In this document: positions 16,844-17,756 of the stretch, piece by piece
How positions within the stretch are numbered: position 1 is the first letter of the stretch
How the letters are laid out: each line of letters opens with the position of its first letter
Source: Calditrichaceae bacterium
GTDB lineage: Bacteria; Calditrichota; Calditrichia; Calditrichales; JBFXGD01
Direction: 5' to 3'
NCBI GenBank assembly: GCA_050178385.1
Contig: JBFXGD010000061.1
Coordinates: 1 to 17,756, forward strand
DNA length: 17,756 nucleotides
Translations under genes and position numbers: made by a program
The notes under the pieces: generated by a model
Database searches by the model: none
Told to the model about the DNA's origin: nothing
Seen by the model: only the letters and a program-made list of their open reading frames with translations

Positions 16844-17416
16844 TTGAGTCTGACAGATTTTGAACTGATCCGGGAAACGCTGGATGGATCGACAATCGCA
16901 TATGATGAGCTGATGCAGCAATATGAAAAACTGATCTACAGAATCGCGTTTGGATTTGGCAAGAATCATGATAATTCAATGGACATCACTCAGAATATTT
17001 TTCTGAAAGCATACGAAAAGCTGCATTCATTCAAAATGAACAGCTCATTTAAAACATGGATAACAAGGATCGCATTTAACGAAGGTGTAAACTGGACCAG
17101 AAAAAATCGGCACGCATCTTCACAGGAATTATTTGATGAGGGCAATATGAATTATGAGAATGAAGGCATTTCGCAGGAAGATGAGTTTTTGGCGAAAGAA
17201 AATAAGTCTCAGCTCATTAAGAGCCTTTTTGACTTAAACACACGATACAGGCTAGCGGTAGTACTGCGATATTTTGAAGATATGCCTGTAAAAGAGATCG
17301 CCGGTGTTTTGGAATGCAGTGAAGGTGTGGTCAAAAACATGCTTTTCCGGAGTCTTCAGCGTCTTAAAAACAATCTGCGGCAATCAGATATTGGAGACAA
17401 TTATGGACAAATGTAA
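16844..17416 (+). CDS. RNA polymerase ECF sigma-70 family factor (RpoE/SigW-like)
   Basis: Region 2: DITQNIFLKAY, SSFKTWITRIAFN; region 4: RLAVVLRYFEDMPVKEIAGVLECSEGVVKNMLFRS; TTG start with AGGAGG. Confidence 0.93.
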   Translation: MSLTDFELIRETLDGSTIAYDELMQQYEKLIYRIAFGFGKNHDNSMDITQNIFLKAYEKLHSFKMNSSFKTWITRIAFNEGVNWTRKNRHASSQELFDEGNMNYENEGISQEDEFLAKENKSQLIKSLFDLNTRYRLAVVLRYFEDMPVKEIAGVLECSEGVVKNMLFRSLQRLKNNLRQSDIGDNYGQM

Positions 17417-17756
17417 ATTATATGATGAATTAATTCAGAAGCTGATCGCTGATGAGATTAGTTCATCCGAAAAAGCAAAATTATTCAAACACAGTGACAG
17501 TTGTAACCGGTGCCGGGAACTGCTGGGACTTCACAGTCAGCTTCAGGATACAGCGAAAGAAAATCATGTACCGAATGCAGAAGCATTTGCTGAAATGAGG
17601 AGCCGTGTTCTTCGCGTGATAAAATATCGGGTGAAAAACAGAAATGAATCACTTCATCGCAAAATTTTACCCTTCTTGTTGACTCCGTTCCGGAATCCCG
17701 CCCTGGCGGCATCGATTGCCGCCATATTATTTCTGACCGGATTTGTGGGTGGAAAG
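17403..17756 (+). CDS. Zinc-binding (ZAS / zf-HC2) transmembrane anti-sigma factor, 3'-truncated; absent from the ORF track
   Basis: Manual translation from ATG 17403 (GGAG RBS, overlaps the sigma gene end): MDKCKLYDELIQKLIADEISSSEKAKLFKHSDSCNRCRELL... gives Cys4 plus HxxxCxxC; later PALAASIAAILFLTGFVGG TM helix; open to the window edge. Confidence 0.88.
   Translation, partial: MDKCKLYDELIQKLIADEISSSEKAKLFKHSDSCNRCRELLGLHSQLQDTAKENHVPNAEAFAEMRSRVLRVIKYRVKNRNESLHRKILPFLLTPFRNPALAASIAAILFLTGFVGGK

Noticed and set aside
233..16979. Remaining short ORFs in the track (e.g. 233-496, 3578-3880, 8751-9113, 10384-10866, 15742-16008)
   Set aside because: All overlap well-supported genes antisense or out of frame and show no recognisable motifs.
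17485..17712. 75-aa minus-strand ORF
   Set aside because: Antisense to the motif-bearing anti-sigma ORF.

Overview
Bacterial chromosomal window of mostly housekeeping genes, with no phage, IS, CRISPR, rRNA or tRNA seen. Almost everything is on the minus strand. In transcription order: uvrB, purD, cdsA, an orphan family-5 ABC substrate-binding protein, a REC-DUF4388-Roadblock response regulator, a membrane-anchored hypothetical, meaB, a split B12-dependent acyl-CoA mutase (large + small subunit), radC, an acyl-CoA carboxyltransferase beta subunit, a PAP2/Aur1-like membrane enzyme, a succinate-semialdehyde-type dehydrogenase and a truncated ORF. An ECF sigma factor and a truncated zinc anti-sigma are divergent at the right end. 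Three things stand out. (1) Two intergenic loci (5427-5634 and 14327-14761) share one composite repeat layout of period-7 pyrimidine tracts plus GTAG-type REP hairpins. Three hairpins sit inside a TTCCTAC heptamer, and the tracts start at or inside the upstream gene's stop codon. (2) The mutase has isobutyryl-CoA mutase residues (F/Q), not methylmalonyl-CoA mutase residues (Y/R). (3) The response regulator has an unusual three-domain layout and sits next to a transporter-less binding protein. All calls come from reading motifs by eye; no searches were run.
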